62,884 bases of DNA, from positions 1 through 62,884 of the forward strand of contig MFDN01000003.1 in the NCBI GenBank assembly GCA_001776935.1. The letters are read 5' to 3'. This document shows, in pieces, positions 9,242-20,291 of this stretch. Each line of letters opens with the position of its first letter. Position 1 is the first letter of the stretch. The position numbers and the translations under genes were made by a program. The stretch is from Candidatus Daviesbacteria bacterium RIFCSPLOWO2_01_FULL_39_23. GTDB taxonomy: Bacteria > Patescibacteriota > Microgenomatia > Daviesbacterales > UBA10151. A model generated the notes under the pieces. It searched no databases and was not told where the DNA came from. It saw only the letters and a list, made by a program, of their open reading frames with translations.

Positions 9242-10042
9242 ATGAAAAATAGACCAATTGGTATTTTTGATTCAGGCATAGGCGGTTTGACAGTTGCTAA
9301 AGAAATAATAAGGTTGCTCCCCCATGAAAGCATTATTTATATTGGTGATACTGCAAGGGTTCCGTATGGTACAAGATCAAATGAAATTATTGCCAAATTC
9401 GGAATTCAATTAACAGATTTTCTATTAAAAAGAAATGTTAAATGTTTGGTGGTGGCCTGTAATACTATTTCCGCTGTAGCTTTGGAAGAAATTGAGAAAA
9501 TTTCAAAAGTTCCGGTCTTGGGAGTGATAAAGCCTGCTGTTTCAGAAGCTCTAAACACAACTAAAAATAAAAAAATTGGTGTGATAGGCACATATGCAAC
9601 AATAAACAGCAGAGCATACGAAAAAGAAATTAAAAAACAAAACCCTGATGTTGAAATTTGTTCTACCGGATGTCCTCTTTTTGTGCCTTTGGCCGAGGAA
9701 GGTTTTTCAGACCACCCTGCAGCAGGGTTGGTTGCAAAAGATTATTTGGGGTCTGTAAAATCTTCGGGAGCAGATACTTTAATCCTGGGATGCACCCATT
9801 ACCCGATTCTTTCCGGTATCGTTAAAAAAATCATGGGGCCGGAAGTAAGTTTAATAGATTCTGCTGGGCCTACTGCAAAGCAGCTGCAGGAATTACTCAA
9901 GGCTAGAAATCTTTTAGCAGATAACAGAGATCCTTCGTATGAATTTTTTGTGACAGATGCACCAAAACGGGTTTTGCAGGTGGCAGGCAGATTTTTTGGA
10001 GATACTATAAACGGCAGACTAAAAAAAGTCAGTTTGGATTAA
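9242..10042 (+). CDS. murI: glutamate racemase
   Basis: IGIFDSGIGGLTV, ACNTIS and GCTHYP catalytic-Cys motifs. Confidence 0.9.
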   Translation: MKNRPIGIFDSGIGGLTVAKEIIRLLPHESIIYIGDTARVPYGTRSNEIIAKFGIQLTDFLLKRNVKCLVVACNTISAVALEEIEKISKVPVLGVIKPAVSEALNTTKNKKIGVIGTYATINSRAYEKEIKKQNPDVEICSTGCPLFVPLAEEGFSDHPAAGLVAKDYLGSVKSSGADTLILGCTHYPILSGIVKKIMGPEVSLIDSAGPTAKQLQELLKARNLLADNRDPSYEFFVTDAPKRVLQVAGRFFGDTINGRLKKVSLD

Positions 10043-11342
10043 GAACAATTTTTCTTGCCAGTTTATCTATATCCCCTGCTCCCATAAAAAAAACTACATC
10101 ATCAGGTTTGATTTCCCCCCCCAAAATTTCTACCAGCTCATTTTTACTATGATAGACAAGAATATCTAAGTTTGCTGTATCAACTAAATCTTTGGCATGG
10201 ACTAGTCCAGCATCTGCTTCCCTGCTGGGATAAATATCTGTCAAAATAATCTTGTTAACAGGAATACTTCCAAAAACTTTTATAAAATCATTAAATAATG
10301 CTTTTGTTCTGGAAAACATGTGAGGTTGATAAACTAAAACTATTCTTTGTTTAGGAAATTTCTGCCTGGCTGCTTCCATAGTTTTTTTTATTTCTGTCGG
10401 ATGGTGGCCAAAATCTGAGTAAACCTGTGCATTTTTATAGTCACCGATATATTCAAATCTTCTGCCTACTCCGGTATAGTTTTGCAAACTTTCCTTGATA
10501 ATTTGCGGGTTTAGACCAAGTAATAATCCCACCCTAAAAGCAGCAGAAGCATTTAGTTTATTAAATTCCCCCGGAATTTTTAGATTTAAGTTATAGTCAT
10601 CGTTTGAATAATCAAAGCTTGTAACAGAAGTTTGTTTCATGACATCTTTTAAAATTAAGGCAATAGCAGGATCTTTTAAATTCGCCACAATTGTTTGTTT
10701 AGTCTGCAGCAAAAATTTTTTAAAGCTTTCTTTTACTGCTTCAAAGTTTTCGAAATATTCCGGGTGGTCCATTTCAATATTGGTAACTATTGTAATATCC
10801 GGTTTCAAATGCAAAAAATTGTCATTAAATTCATCCGCTTCTACAACGAAATATTTACCTTTACCAATTCTGTAATTTGATTTCCATGATGGAACTATTG
10901 CCCCGAGTTCTGCGGTCGGATCTAAATTTGCATCTTCCAGCGTTTTGGCAATCATGGCTGTTGTGGTGGTTTTGCCGTGTGTGCCGCAAACAGCAATAAC
11001 GAATTTATCTTTTGTTAAATACTCTCCCAAAAATTGCTGCCAGGTCATTACTGTAATCCCTTTTTCTTTGGCAGCCAGTAGTTCCGGATTATTTGGGTCC
11101 AGCGAAAAAATTGCCGGAGTAAGTGCCAAAATATCTACGTTCCCACTTCCGATGTGGGAAGATAAATGCTGACTGCTGTGGCCGGTAAAAAGCTGATCAG
11201 GTTTAAATTGGGTTGTGAATTCATTATGAGGGTTTAAATCACAGCCTGTGACTTCAAACCCAAGAGATTGTGCAATTGCCGCAGCTCCTGAAATTCCACT
11301 TCCTCCTGTTCCTAAAAAATGGACTTTTACTCCCATGATCAA
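10029..11342 (-). CDS. murC: UDP-N-acetylmuramate--L-alanine ligase
   Basis: HFLGTGGSGISG, P-loop GTHGKTTT, Mur ligase length (437 aa). Confidence 0.9.
   Translation of the reverse strand: MIMGVKVHFLGTGGSGISGAAAIAQSLGFEVTGCDLNPHNEFTTQFKPDQLFTGHSSQHLSSHIGSGNVDILALTPAIFSLDPNNPELLAAKEKGITVMTWQQFLGEYLTKDKFVIAVCGTHGKTTTTAMIAKTLEDANLDPTAELGAIVPSWKSNYRIGKGKYFVVEADEFNDNFLHLKPDITIVTNIEMDHPEYFENFEAVKESFKKFLLQTKQTIVANLKDPAIALILKDVMKQTSVTSFDYSNDDYNLNLKIPGEFNKLNASAAFRVGLLLGLNPQIIKESLQNYTGVGRRFEYIGDYKNAQVYSDFGHHPTEIKKTMEAARQKFPKQRIVLVYQPHMFSRTKALFNDFIKVFGSIPVNKIILTDIYPSREADAGLVHAKDLVDTANLDILVYHSKNELVEILGGEIKPDDVVFFMGAGDIDKLARKIVLNPN
11140..11160. repeat. REP-like hairpin TTCCCAC-TTCCGAT-GTGGGAA inside murC
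   Basis: 7-bp stem read directly; translated in frame as SHIGSGN. Confidence 0.6.
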
Positions 11343-12418
11343 ATTATATACCGGATGTGCTTTAACAGGGTACTTACATTTTTGATAGTGTGGGCCGGAA
11401 AGTTGGCAATCCTTATATGGTTTTCTCTATTTGTCCCATACCCTGCTCCGATTATAAAACCCTTTTTAGAAAGTTTTTTTCTTATTTGCTCGGAGTCTCC
11501 TAAAACATCAAGTACTGGTGTTGTTGGCGAGCAAAACAACGGGTTTTTTATAAAAGGAAAATATCTTGTGGAAGTTTTGAAATACCCATATATCATTTGT
11601 GCCTTTTTTTCTGTATCTTTTCTGATTTTATTTGCACTCAACTTCAACATGTCTTTTACAACTGAATTTAAAAGATAAATATTCAAAACATTAGGAGTAA
11701 GTGGGGTTTGATAATCTTTGGCTTTTTCTGAAAGGCTTCTGAAACTATGATAACTACCCACTTTTATACCCTTCTTGATCATCTTTTCTGTTTTTTCCAA
11801 AGCTTTAGGTCCTGCTATAATTACTGCAAGCCCTGCAGGCAGACCAAAACCTTTTTGAACAGAGAAAAAGGCTATATCTATATATTTAAAATTAATGTCA
11901 ATATATGGCGCAGAAGAAACAATATCTATTGCGACTAATTTTTCCGGATTTTTCTTTTTGAGGTTAATAATTTCCTCAATCGGTATAGAACAGCCTGTGG
12001 ATGTTTCGTTTTGAGTAATGCAGATAATTTCTGCAGCTTTAGGCACTGTTAGATTGTCCAGATTTACATCCGGGGTGTTTTCAAATATATGAGTCACTGC
12101 ATTTTTCCCCACTTGAGAGGCATAATTTGACCATGCTTTTCCAAAGGCTCCGGCGACGATATGAAATGAGGTGTCCTGGCAGCAGCTTTGGATAACTCTT
12201 TCCATGCTTTCTGTTGCGGAAGAAACAAAAAAGATCTGGAAATTTTCAGGAACATTAAGGAGTTTTTTTAGGCCGTCTGCGGTTTCCTTATATAAATTCT
12301 TAAATTGCTGGCTCCTATGGTTTAAGGAACATATTTCCTCTTTTATAGCTTTACCCATATGTTTATGCAGTGTTGGGTAAACTTGCGATGGTCCGACAGT
12401 AAAATATATTTTTTTCAT
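11339..12418 (-). CDS. serC: phosphoserine aminotransferase-like class V aminotransferase
   Basis: FTVGPSQ N-terminus and PLP-Lys region FSVQKGFGLPAGL; next to the serB-serA fusion. The ORF extends to 12436 only through an ATG supplied by the MITE terminus. Confidence 0.7.
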   Translation of the reverse strand: MKKIYFTVGPSQVYPTLHKHMGKAIKEEICSLNHRSQQFKNLYKETADGLKKLLNVPENFQIFFVSSATESMERVIQSCCQDTSFHIVAGAFGKAWSNYASQVGKNAVTHIFENTPDVNLDNLTVPKAAEIICITQNETSTGCSIPIEEIINLKKKNPEKLVAIDIVSSAPYIDINFKYIDIAFFSVQKGFGLPAGLAVIIAGPKALEKTEKMIKKGIKVGSYHSFRSLSEKAKDYQTPLTPNVLNIYLLNSVVKDMLKLSANKIRKDTEKKAQMIYGYFKTSTRYFPFIKNPLFCSPTTPVLDVLGDSEQIRKKLSKKGFIIGAGYGTNRENHIRIANFPAHTIKNVSTLLKHIRYII

Positions 12419-12431
12419 GATTTCCCCTTCC

Positions 12432-12534
12432 GTCATTCTGAGTGACTAACGAAGAATCTCTTGCGTATGCAAGTACAGTAATGTAACTGACATAAAGTCA
12501 GAGATCCTTCGTCGCTACGCTCCTCAGGATGACA
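12432..12534. mobile_element. MITE-like element with GTCATTCTGAG / CTCAGGATGAC inverted termini
   Basis: Terminal inverted repeats read directly; internal GAAGAATCTC box and CTTGC-GTAT-GCAAG hairpin; related copies at 26964, 46680, 54584. Confidence 0.7.
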
Positions 12535-12543
12535 GAAGATTAA

Positions 12544-14433
12544 TTAATAAAGCACTCTAAATCTAATCGTTTCCGGGATTTTTTTCAACTGGGTGATTAC
12601 ATCCTGGTTATATTTCTTATTTACGTCCGTAATCACATAGCCAATATTGTCTGAAGTTTTTAAATATTGCCCGTTAATATTTATTTTGTAATCTGCAAAA
12701 ATTTTATTTATTTGAGCCAGTACTCCGGGAACATTCTTATGTAAATGCAGTAACCTGTGAGAATCGTTTTGCTGGGGAAGCTGCAGTTGAGGGAGGTTTA
12801 CGCAAAGGTAAGTATTACCGGAATTTATAAAGTCGGTTATTTTGCCCGAGACATAGCGGGCAATTTCCCTTTGCGCTTCTTCTGTGGATCCGGCTATATG
12901 AGGAGTTAATATGACATTAGGTAAATTTTGCAGCTGCGATTTAAACGGTTCGTCTTTACTTTTTGGTTCAGACGGGAAAACATCAAGGCCGGTTCCGCGC
13001 ACTTTGCCTGATTTAATAAATTTTACTAAAGCAGTATTATCCACTATAAATCCCCTGCTTAAATTTATAAAAATCACCCCGTCTCTCATAAGAGAAAATT
13101 CTTTTTCGCCTATTAGGTTGGTATTTGATTTTTCTCCGCTTACATGAACAGAGATAATATCGGAAATTTTTAAAAGTTCGGTTAAATTCTTAACCTTTTT
13201 GGCATTGCCCAGGGGAAGTCTTTCAAGCGCATCATAGTAAATTACATTAATCCCCAAACTTTCCGCTAAAATAGATAGTTGAGAGCCGATATTTCCATAG
13301 CCGATTATTCCAAGTGTTTTACCTCTTACTTCATTAGAATTTTTTGCTGATTTTTCCCACATTCCCTGATGGGCCTTATTGCTTTTATCAAAAACTCCTC
13401 TAATCAGTATAATCATCTCCCCGATTGCCAGCTCCACAACTGAGCGGGTGTTTTGAAAAGGAGCATTGAAGGCAGCTATCCCTTTTTCGGTTAAGGCAGG
13501 AAGATCCATTTGGTTTGTGCCGATGCAAAAAGCGCCTACAACTTTTAACATATGGGCGTTTGCCAAAACTTTTCCGGTTATTTCTGTTTTAGACCTGATT
13601 CCAAGGACTGAGATGTCTTTTATTTTTTCTGCAAGCTCTTCTTCGTCAAGGGCAGTTTTTAAAAGCTCAACCTGATAGCCTTCTTTCTCCAAAGCTTGCT
13701 TTGCCGAGTCTTCTATATTTTCCAAAAGCAGAGCTTTAATTTTAGATTTTGGATAAGACAGGGAGCCCTGCAATTTATGCAGATATAAAAATTCATCAAA
13801 ACTGGAAACTATTTGATCAGCCCTTTTTAAAACCTGTTCTCTTTTGACATTTTCGGTGAAAGCAATAAAACGGGAAGCTGCTCCCATTTGTTTAATTTGG
13901 TAATCGGTAATTCCGTCCCCTATTACTAAAATTTCCCCCTTAAGCTTTAATTTTTTAACAGCTTTTACTTTACCGTTATCTTCTGAGAGCGCATTTTTAG
14001 GATCAAAGCCGCTAACTTCTCCTTTTTTATTGAAAATAAAAGTATTAGCGAGAATATGGTTTTTTTGGATGCCAAATTTTTCAGCAATAGGCAAAACCCA
14101 TTCGGCAAAACCGCCTGTGACAATATAAATCCTGTTTTTGTTTTTTTTGAGAAATTTTTTGTTTCTTAAAATTGAGGGAGAAATTTTCTTTTTTAAAACT
14201 TTTTTTACTTTCTCAAGATGCGTTCTGTTTGCTTTCAAAAGAGCTAATCTTTTTTTCAAACTTTCCCTAAAACCGATTTTACCCTCCATCCCTAAATTGG
14301 TAATTTTTTTAATCTCTTCTAGAATTTCTTCTTTTTTAGGATTGTCTTTCAAGACCACTTCTGCAAGTTCTTCAAGCCCCTCTGTCTGGATAAAAGTAGA
14401 ATCAAAATCAATGATAAAATACTGCTCTGGCAT
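12544..14433 (-). CDS. serB-serA: phosphoserine phosphatase (HAD) fused to D-3-phosphoglycerate dehydrogenase with ACT domain
   Basis: HAD motifs DFDSTF, TGGF, GDGITD in the N-third; NAD site GIIGYGNIGSQ, HIAGST, then ACT-like C-terminus HRLLHLHKNVPGVLAQI. Confidence 0.8.
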   Translation of the reverse strand: MPEQYFIIDFDSTFIQTEGLEELAEVVLKDNPKKEEILEEIKKITNLGMEGKIGFRESLKKRLALLKANRTHLEKVKKVLKKKISPSILRNKKFLKKNKNRIYIVTGGFAEWVLPIAEKFGIQKNHILANTFIFNKKGEVSGFDPKNALSEDNGKVKAVKKLKLKGEILVIGDGITDYQIKQMGAASRFIAFTENVKREQVLKRADQIVSSFDEFLYLHKLQGSLSYPKSKIKALLLENIEDSAKQALEKEGYQVELLKTALDEEELAEKIKDISVLGIRSKTEITGKVLANAHMLKVVGAFCIGTNQMDLPALTEKGIAAFNAPFQNTRSVVELAIGEMIILIRGVFDKSNKAHQGMWEKSAKNSNEVRGKTLGIIGYGNIGSQLSILAESLGINVIYYDALERLPLGNAKKVKNLTELLKISDIISVHVSGEKSNTNLIGEKEFSLMRDGVIFINLSRGFIVDNTALVKFIKSGKVRGTGLDVFPSEPKSKDEPFKSQLQNLPNVILTPHIAGSTEEAQREIARYVSGKITDFINSGNTYLCVNLPQLQLPQQNDSHRLLHLHKNVPGVLAQINKIFADYKININGQYLKTSDNIGYVITDVNKKYNQDVITQLKKIPETIRFRVLY

Positions 14434-14500
14434 GATTTTAGGTCAGGGAAAATACATGATATACGGTTGAATTCTTTTTTAAAAGAGGGGAAAATTAAAT

Positions 14501-14540
14501 GTCCAAGGTGGCCATCTTCGTCCTTCGACTTCGCTCAGGA
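14501..14540. repeat. miniature/partial MITE copy (GTCCAAGG...CTCAGGAC)
   Basis: Contains CTTCGACTTCGCTCAGGAC, similar to the MITE end CTTCGCTTCGCTCAGAATGAC. Confidence 0.4.
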
Positions 14541-14557
14541 CCGCGTTAGCAGCTTTA

Positions 14558-16627
<2,070 letters not shown>

Positions 16628-16648
16628 TTAAATATAGTTTAGCATAAT

Positions 16649-16727
16649 TAGAGACTAGTCGCTAGAGTCAAGAGTTGAGTAAGATTATTTGTTCTCCTAG
16701 ACTCTAGATTCTAGACTCTTGATTCTA
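16649..16727. repeat. word hairpin (TAGAGTC/GACTCTA words) overlapping holB 3' end
   Basis: Arms 16649-16680 and 16694-16727 are imperfectly complementary; the last holB codons (PKLESRV) are encoded by the right arm. Confidence 0.5.
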
Positions 16728-17388
16728 ACTTTGGCATTACGAGCATTAAATATTCCAATATTGCCCGAATATTTACATTTTGTTTGGCCCATTGCTCCGC
16801 CGGTAAAAGCTCTTTTAAAAACTGTAGGACATCAGGCTTTTTGTATGCATTTTTAAGCATTTCCTGACGGAAAAAGTAAACCAGGCAGTGTAAAAACTCC
16901 TCTTTATTTTTAATTTTTTCAACATATTCAAAGCGATTTTCAAAAGATGAGTCAAGCAATTTTTCTATTTCTTTTATATAGACCTCGTAGGTCGTAGGCT
17001 CGCCGCCTGCGAGGCCGGTTGTCTCAAGGCGGACAATTTCGCACCTGGATAAAACAGTGGGTAAAAAGTTAGCATCGGAGCTTGCGCCCAATATTAAGAG
17101 AGCATCCCTGGTTAATTCCTCAATTGTTTTCAAAAGGGCATTTTGGGCTTCCGGGGTTAAAATTGAGGCATCTTCTAAAACTGCTGCCCTGCCTTTGGCA
17201 GAGAATGGTTTTAAAGAAAAGTGTTCTTTTATTTTTCTGGCTTCAGCTATGCCTAACTTTTCTCCAGCCGGAAAAAACAAAATGTCCGGATGCTTTACGT
17301 TCCCACATTCGATGTGGGAAGCTAAAGTTTTTTGAATTTCTTCTTTGATTCTTTCTTTGTCCGGGGATAATAAAAGCCTTGCAATCAC
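16711..17388 (-). CDS. holB: DNA polymerase III delta-prime-like subunit (short form)
   Basis: 225 aa; AQNALLKTIEE box typical of clamp-loader delta-prime/tau; no clear Walker A. Confidence 0.6.
   Translation of the reverse strand: MIARLLLSPDKERIKEEIQKTLASHIECGNVKHPDILFFPAGEKLGIAEARKIKEHFSLKPFSAKGRAAVLEDASILTPEAQNALLKTIEELTRDALLILGASSDANFLPTVLSRCEIVRLETTGLAGGEPTTYEVYIKEIEKLLDSSFENRFEYVEKIKNKEEFLHCLVYFFRQEMLKNAYKKPDVLQFLKELLPAEQWAKQNVNIRAILEYLMLVMPKLESRV
17300..17320. repeat. REP-like hairpin TTCCCAC-ATTCGAT-GTGGGAA inside holB
   Basis: 7-bp stem; translated in frame as SHIECGN. Confidence 0.6.
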
Positions 17389-17407
17389 GGCGGTATTTTA
17401 ACATAAT
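17379..17407 (+). promoter_or_regulatory. putative sigma70-type promoter of pilB (TTGCAA-17-CATAAT)
   Basis: Hexamers and spacing read directly; -10 ends 6 nt before ATG 17414, no SD. Confidence 0.35.
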
Positions 17408-17413
17408 GGGTAT

Positions 17414-19120
17414 ATGCCCAACATAGCTGCCCAATCCCTGGAGGATATTCTTTTTAAACAAGGTTTTATAAGCGCTGATCAGCTTTCATCAATAAAGCTT
17501 GAAAGTATTAATTCCGGTCAGCCCGTAGAGAAACTTATTGCTGCGCATAATTTAGTGACAGCTGATAAGATGACCCAGGCAAAAGCGCAGCTTTTAAATG
17601 TGCCTTATATTCAGCTTGCAGGCCGGGCAATTGCAGCTGACGTTTTAAATTTGATTCCAGAGCCGGCTGCGCGCCGTTATCATATTATTCCGTTTGAAAA
17701 GAAAGATGATGAGATCTGGGTGGCAATGGCAGATCCTCTGGATATTCAGATTGCACAATTTATTGAAAAAAGAGCAGGACTTAGGGTTAAGCCGTTTCTT
17801 TCGCAAGTAGAGGATATTTTGAAGGCAATTTCTGAACAATACTCTCAAAACCTGACTTCAGAGGTGACTTCGGCTCTAAAGGAAGTCGAAGATATAAAGC
17901 CCGAAGAATCATTTCAAAATACCCCGGAGGTTTTACGTGAGGCGCCTGTTTCAAATATCATAGACCAGCTTCTGGAATATGCTATTAAAAGCCGCGCATC
18001 TGATATTCACATTGAACCTCAGGAGGACCGGACAAGGGTCAGGTACAGGATTGACGGAATTTTGCAGGAAAGAATACTTTTACCAAAAGGAGTGCATGAT
18101 GCTTTGGTCTCAAGGGTCAAGATTTTGTCTGTTTTAAAGATTGATGAGAAAAGACTCCCGCAGGACGGCAGGTTTACGTTTACTTTTGGGGATAATGTGG
18201 TGGATCTTCGTGTATCTACCGTACCCACTGTTTTTGGTGAAAAGGTGGTTTTGAGACTGCTTCCTAAATCAACGGCGGCTCCGACTTTTTTGGAATTAGG
18301 ACTGAGAGGCTCATCTTTAAAGAGTCTGGAAACTCAATTGCAAAGGCCGCACGGGATAATATTAATCTGCGGCCCGACAGGAAGCGGAAAAACCACAACC
18401 CTTTATTCAGTTTTGAGTAAGATTTCCACCACGAAAGTAAATATTGTCACTATTGAGGATCCTGTGGAATATCAAATCCCGGGTGTAAACCAGGTGCAGG
18501 CTAACACTTCTGCCGGGCTTACATTTGCATCAGCTCTAAGAAGCTTTCTGCGCCAGGATCCGAATATTATCATGGTCGGTGAGATACGTGATACTGAAAC
18601 AGCTGATTTGGCAATCCAGGCTGCTTTGACAGGCCATCAGGTTTTTTCAACGGTTCATACCAACTCTTCGGCAGGCGCTCCTCCCCGGCTTTTGGATATG
18701 GGGATAGAGCCTTTTTTGCTGATCTCTGCTTTAAATGCGGTTGTCGGGCAAAGAGTTGTGCGTAAAATTTGTCCGCACTGCCGGATGGAACTTACAGCCC
18801 CGCCTGAGGTCGTAGAGGATATTAAATCCGTTTTGGGCAAAATCTTGTCTGCTTCGTCTGCGCCCGGTTCTTTAAAGCTTTATAAAGGAAAAGGATGTTC
18901 GTATTGCGCAAACACCGGTTATTTGGGGAGAGTAGGCATTTTTGAAGTGCTTTCTCTTTCCGAAAGTATTGCGAAATTAGTGCTGGAGCATGCTTCTTCA
19001 GGAAAAATCGAGGAAGCGGCCGTAAACCAGGGCATGGTGACAATGAAGCAGGATGGATATTTGAAAGTTTTGGAAGGAGTGACAACTATGGAGGAAGTGC
19101 TCAGGGTAGCCCAAGACTAG
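17414..19120 (+). CDS. pilB: type IV pilus assembly ATPase PilB (GspE family)
   Basis: 568 aa; N-terminal GspE_N-like domain, Walker A GPTGSGKTTT, tetracysteine CPHC...CSYC. Confidence 0.9.
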   Translation: MPNIAAQSLEDILFKQGFISADQLSSIKLESINSGQPVEKLIAAHNLVTADKMTQAKAQLLNVPYIQLAGRAIAADVLNLIPEPAARRYHIIPFEKKDDEIWVAMADPLDIQIAQFIEKRAGLRVKPFLSQVEDILKAISEQYSQNLTSEVTSALKEVEDIKPEESFQNTPEVLREAPVSNIIDQLLEYAIKSRASDIHIEPQEDRTRVRYRIDGILQERILLPKGVHDALVSRVKILSVLKIDEKRLPQDGRFTFTFGDNVVDLRVSTVPTVFGEKVVLRLLPKSTAAPTFLELGLRGSSLKSLETQLQRPHGIILICGPTGSGKTTTLYSVLSKISTTKVNIVTIEDPVEYQIPGVNQVQANTSAGLTFASALRSFLRQDPNIIMVGEIRDTETADLAIQAALTGHQVFSTVHTNSSAGAPPRLLDMGIEPFLLISALNAVVGQRVVRKICPHCRMELTAPPEVVEDIKSVLGKILSASSAPGSLKLYKGKGCSYCANTGYLGRVGIFEVLSLSESIAKLVLEHASSGKIEEAAVNQGMVTMKQDGYLKVLEGVTTMEEVLRVAQD

Positions 19121-19189
19121 CTGTCAGTCATCAGACTTCAGCTATCAGACTTAAAAAATCTGACGACTGAAGACTGAAAGCTGATGACT
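19119..19189. repeat. word hairpin (CTGA-GACT words) between pilB and pilT
   Basis: AGTCATCAG...CTGATGACT outer 9-bp stem, AAAAAA loop; the right arm TCTGACGACTGAAGACTGAAAGCTGATGACT recurs in gyrA and recG. Confidence 0.6.
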
Positions 19190-19195
19190 ATTGTT

Positions 19196-20248
19196 ATGAA
19201 TATACAACAATTACTGGATTTAACCATTCAAAGAAATGCTTCTGATTTACATCTTTCGGTTGGATTTCCCCCCACTCTCCGTATTTACGGCGAACTTTTT
19301 CCCGTACCCGGCGAACCGGTAATTACGTCTGCACAAATTGATAGTCTGATTCTCCCGCTTCTTTCCGAAATGCAAAAAAAGATTTACATAGAAACACTTG
19401 AGCTTGATTTTTCTTTCCAGGTTGAAAAAAAAGCCAGGTTCAGGGCAAATTTGTTCAGACAGAAAGGTCACCCCTCGGTGGCTTTAAGACTTATCCCTTT
19501 TCAAATACCGCCGCTTGAGCAGTTAGGCTTTCCCCAGGTTGTAAATAAATTGGTGGATCTTAAACAGGGCTTTATTTTGGTGACAGGTCCCACCGGCCAC
19601 GGCAAATCTACAACTCTGGCCTCTTTTATAAATAAGATTAATCAAACCCGCGCATCACATATCCTTACAGTTGAAGACCCGATAGAATACGTGTACCCTT
19701 ACGGCAAATCTTTAATTGAACAAAGAGAAATGTATTCTGACACCCGCTCGTGGGATAATGCTTTACGTTCTGCTTTACGGGAAGATCCTGATGTGCTTTT
19801 GGTCGGAGAAATGCGGGATTTAGAAACTATTTCCTCAGCTATGACGATTGCAGAAACCGGGCACTTGGTTTTTGCGACCCTGCATACAAATTCTGCCGCC
19901 CAGTCTGTGGATAGAATCATCGATGTTTTTCCGGAAATTCAGCAGCCTCAGATAAGGCTTCAGCTTGCATCAACCCTGGAGGCTATTTTGTCTTTAAGGT
20001 TAATACCTACAATTGATCCGGGAAGAGCACTGGCGTCGGAAATTTTATTTGCAACGCCTGCAGTGAGGAATATTATCCGGGAAGGGAAAACGTACCTAAT
20101 AGACAATACCATAGAAACATCTGCCGAACTTGGTATGCAGACTTTGGAAAGATCGCTTGCCGGTTTAATAAAAAGCGGAAAAATCTCGCAGGATGTGGCT
20201 TTAAGGTATGCCCTCAGACCGGAGCTATTAAGTAAGTTGTTGCGGTAG
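19196..20248 (+). CDS. pilT: twitching-motility retraction ATPase PilT
   Basis: MNIQQLLDLTIQRNASDLHLSVG N-terminus, Walker A GPTGHGKSTT, LVGEMRD, ATLHTNSA; the upstream in-frame ATG 19184 lies in the hairpin arm. Confidence 0.9.
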   Translation: MNIQQLLDLTIQRNASDLHLSVGFPPTLRIYGELFPVPGEPVITSAQIDSLILPLLSEMQKKIYIETLELDFSFQVEKKARFRANLFRQKGHPSVALRLIPFQIPPLEQLGFPQVVNKLVDLKQGFILVTGPTGHGKSTTLASFINKINQTRASHILTVEDPIEYVYPYGKSLIEQREMYSDTRSWDNALRSALREDPDVLLVGEMRDLETISSAMTIAETGHLVFATLHTNSAAQSVDRIIDVFPEIQQPQIRLQLASTLEAILSLRLIPTIDPGRALASEILFATPAVRNIIREGKTYLIDNTIETSAELGMQTLERSLAGLIKSGKISQDVALRYALRPELLSKLLR

Positions 20249-20291
20249 CTATCAGCTATGAGAAACTCTGGATAAAAGAAAATTATATAAA

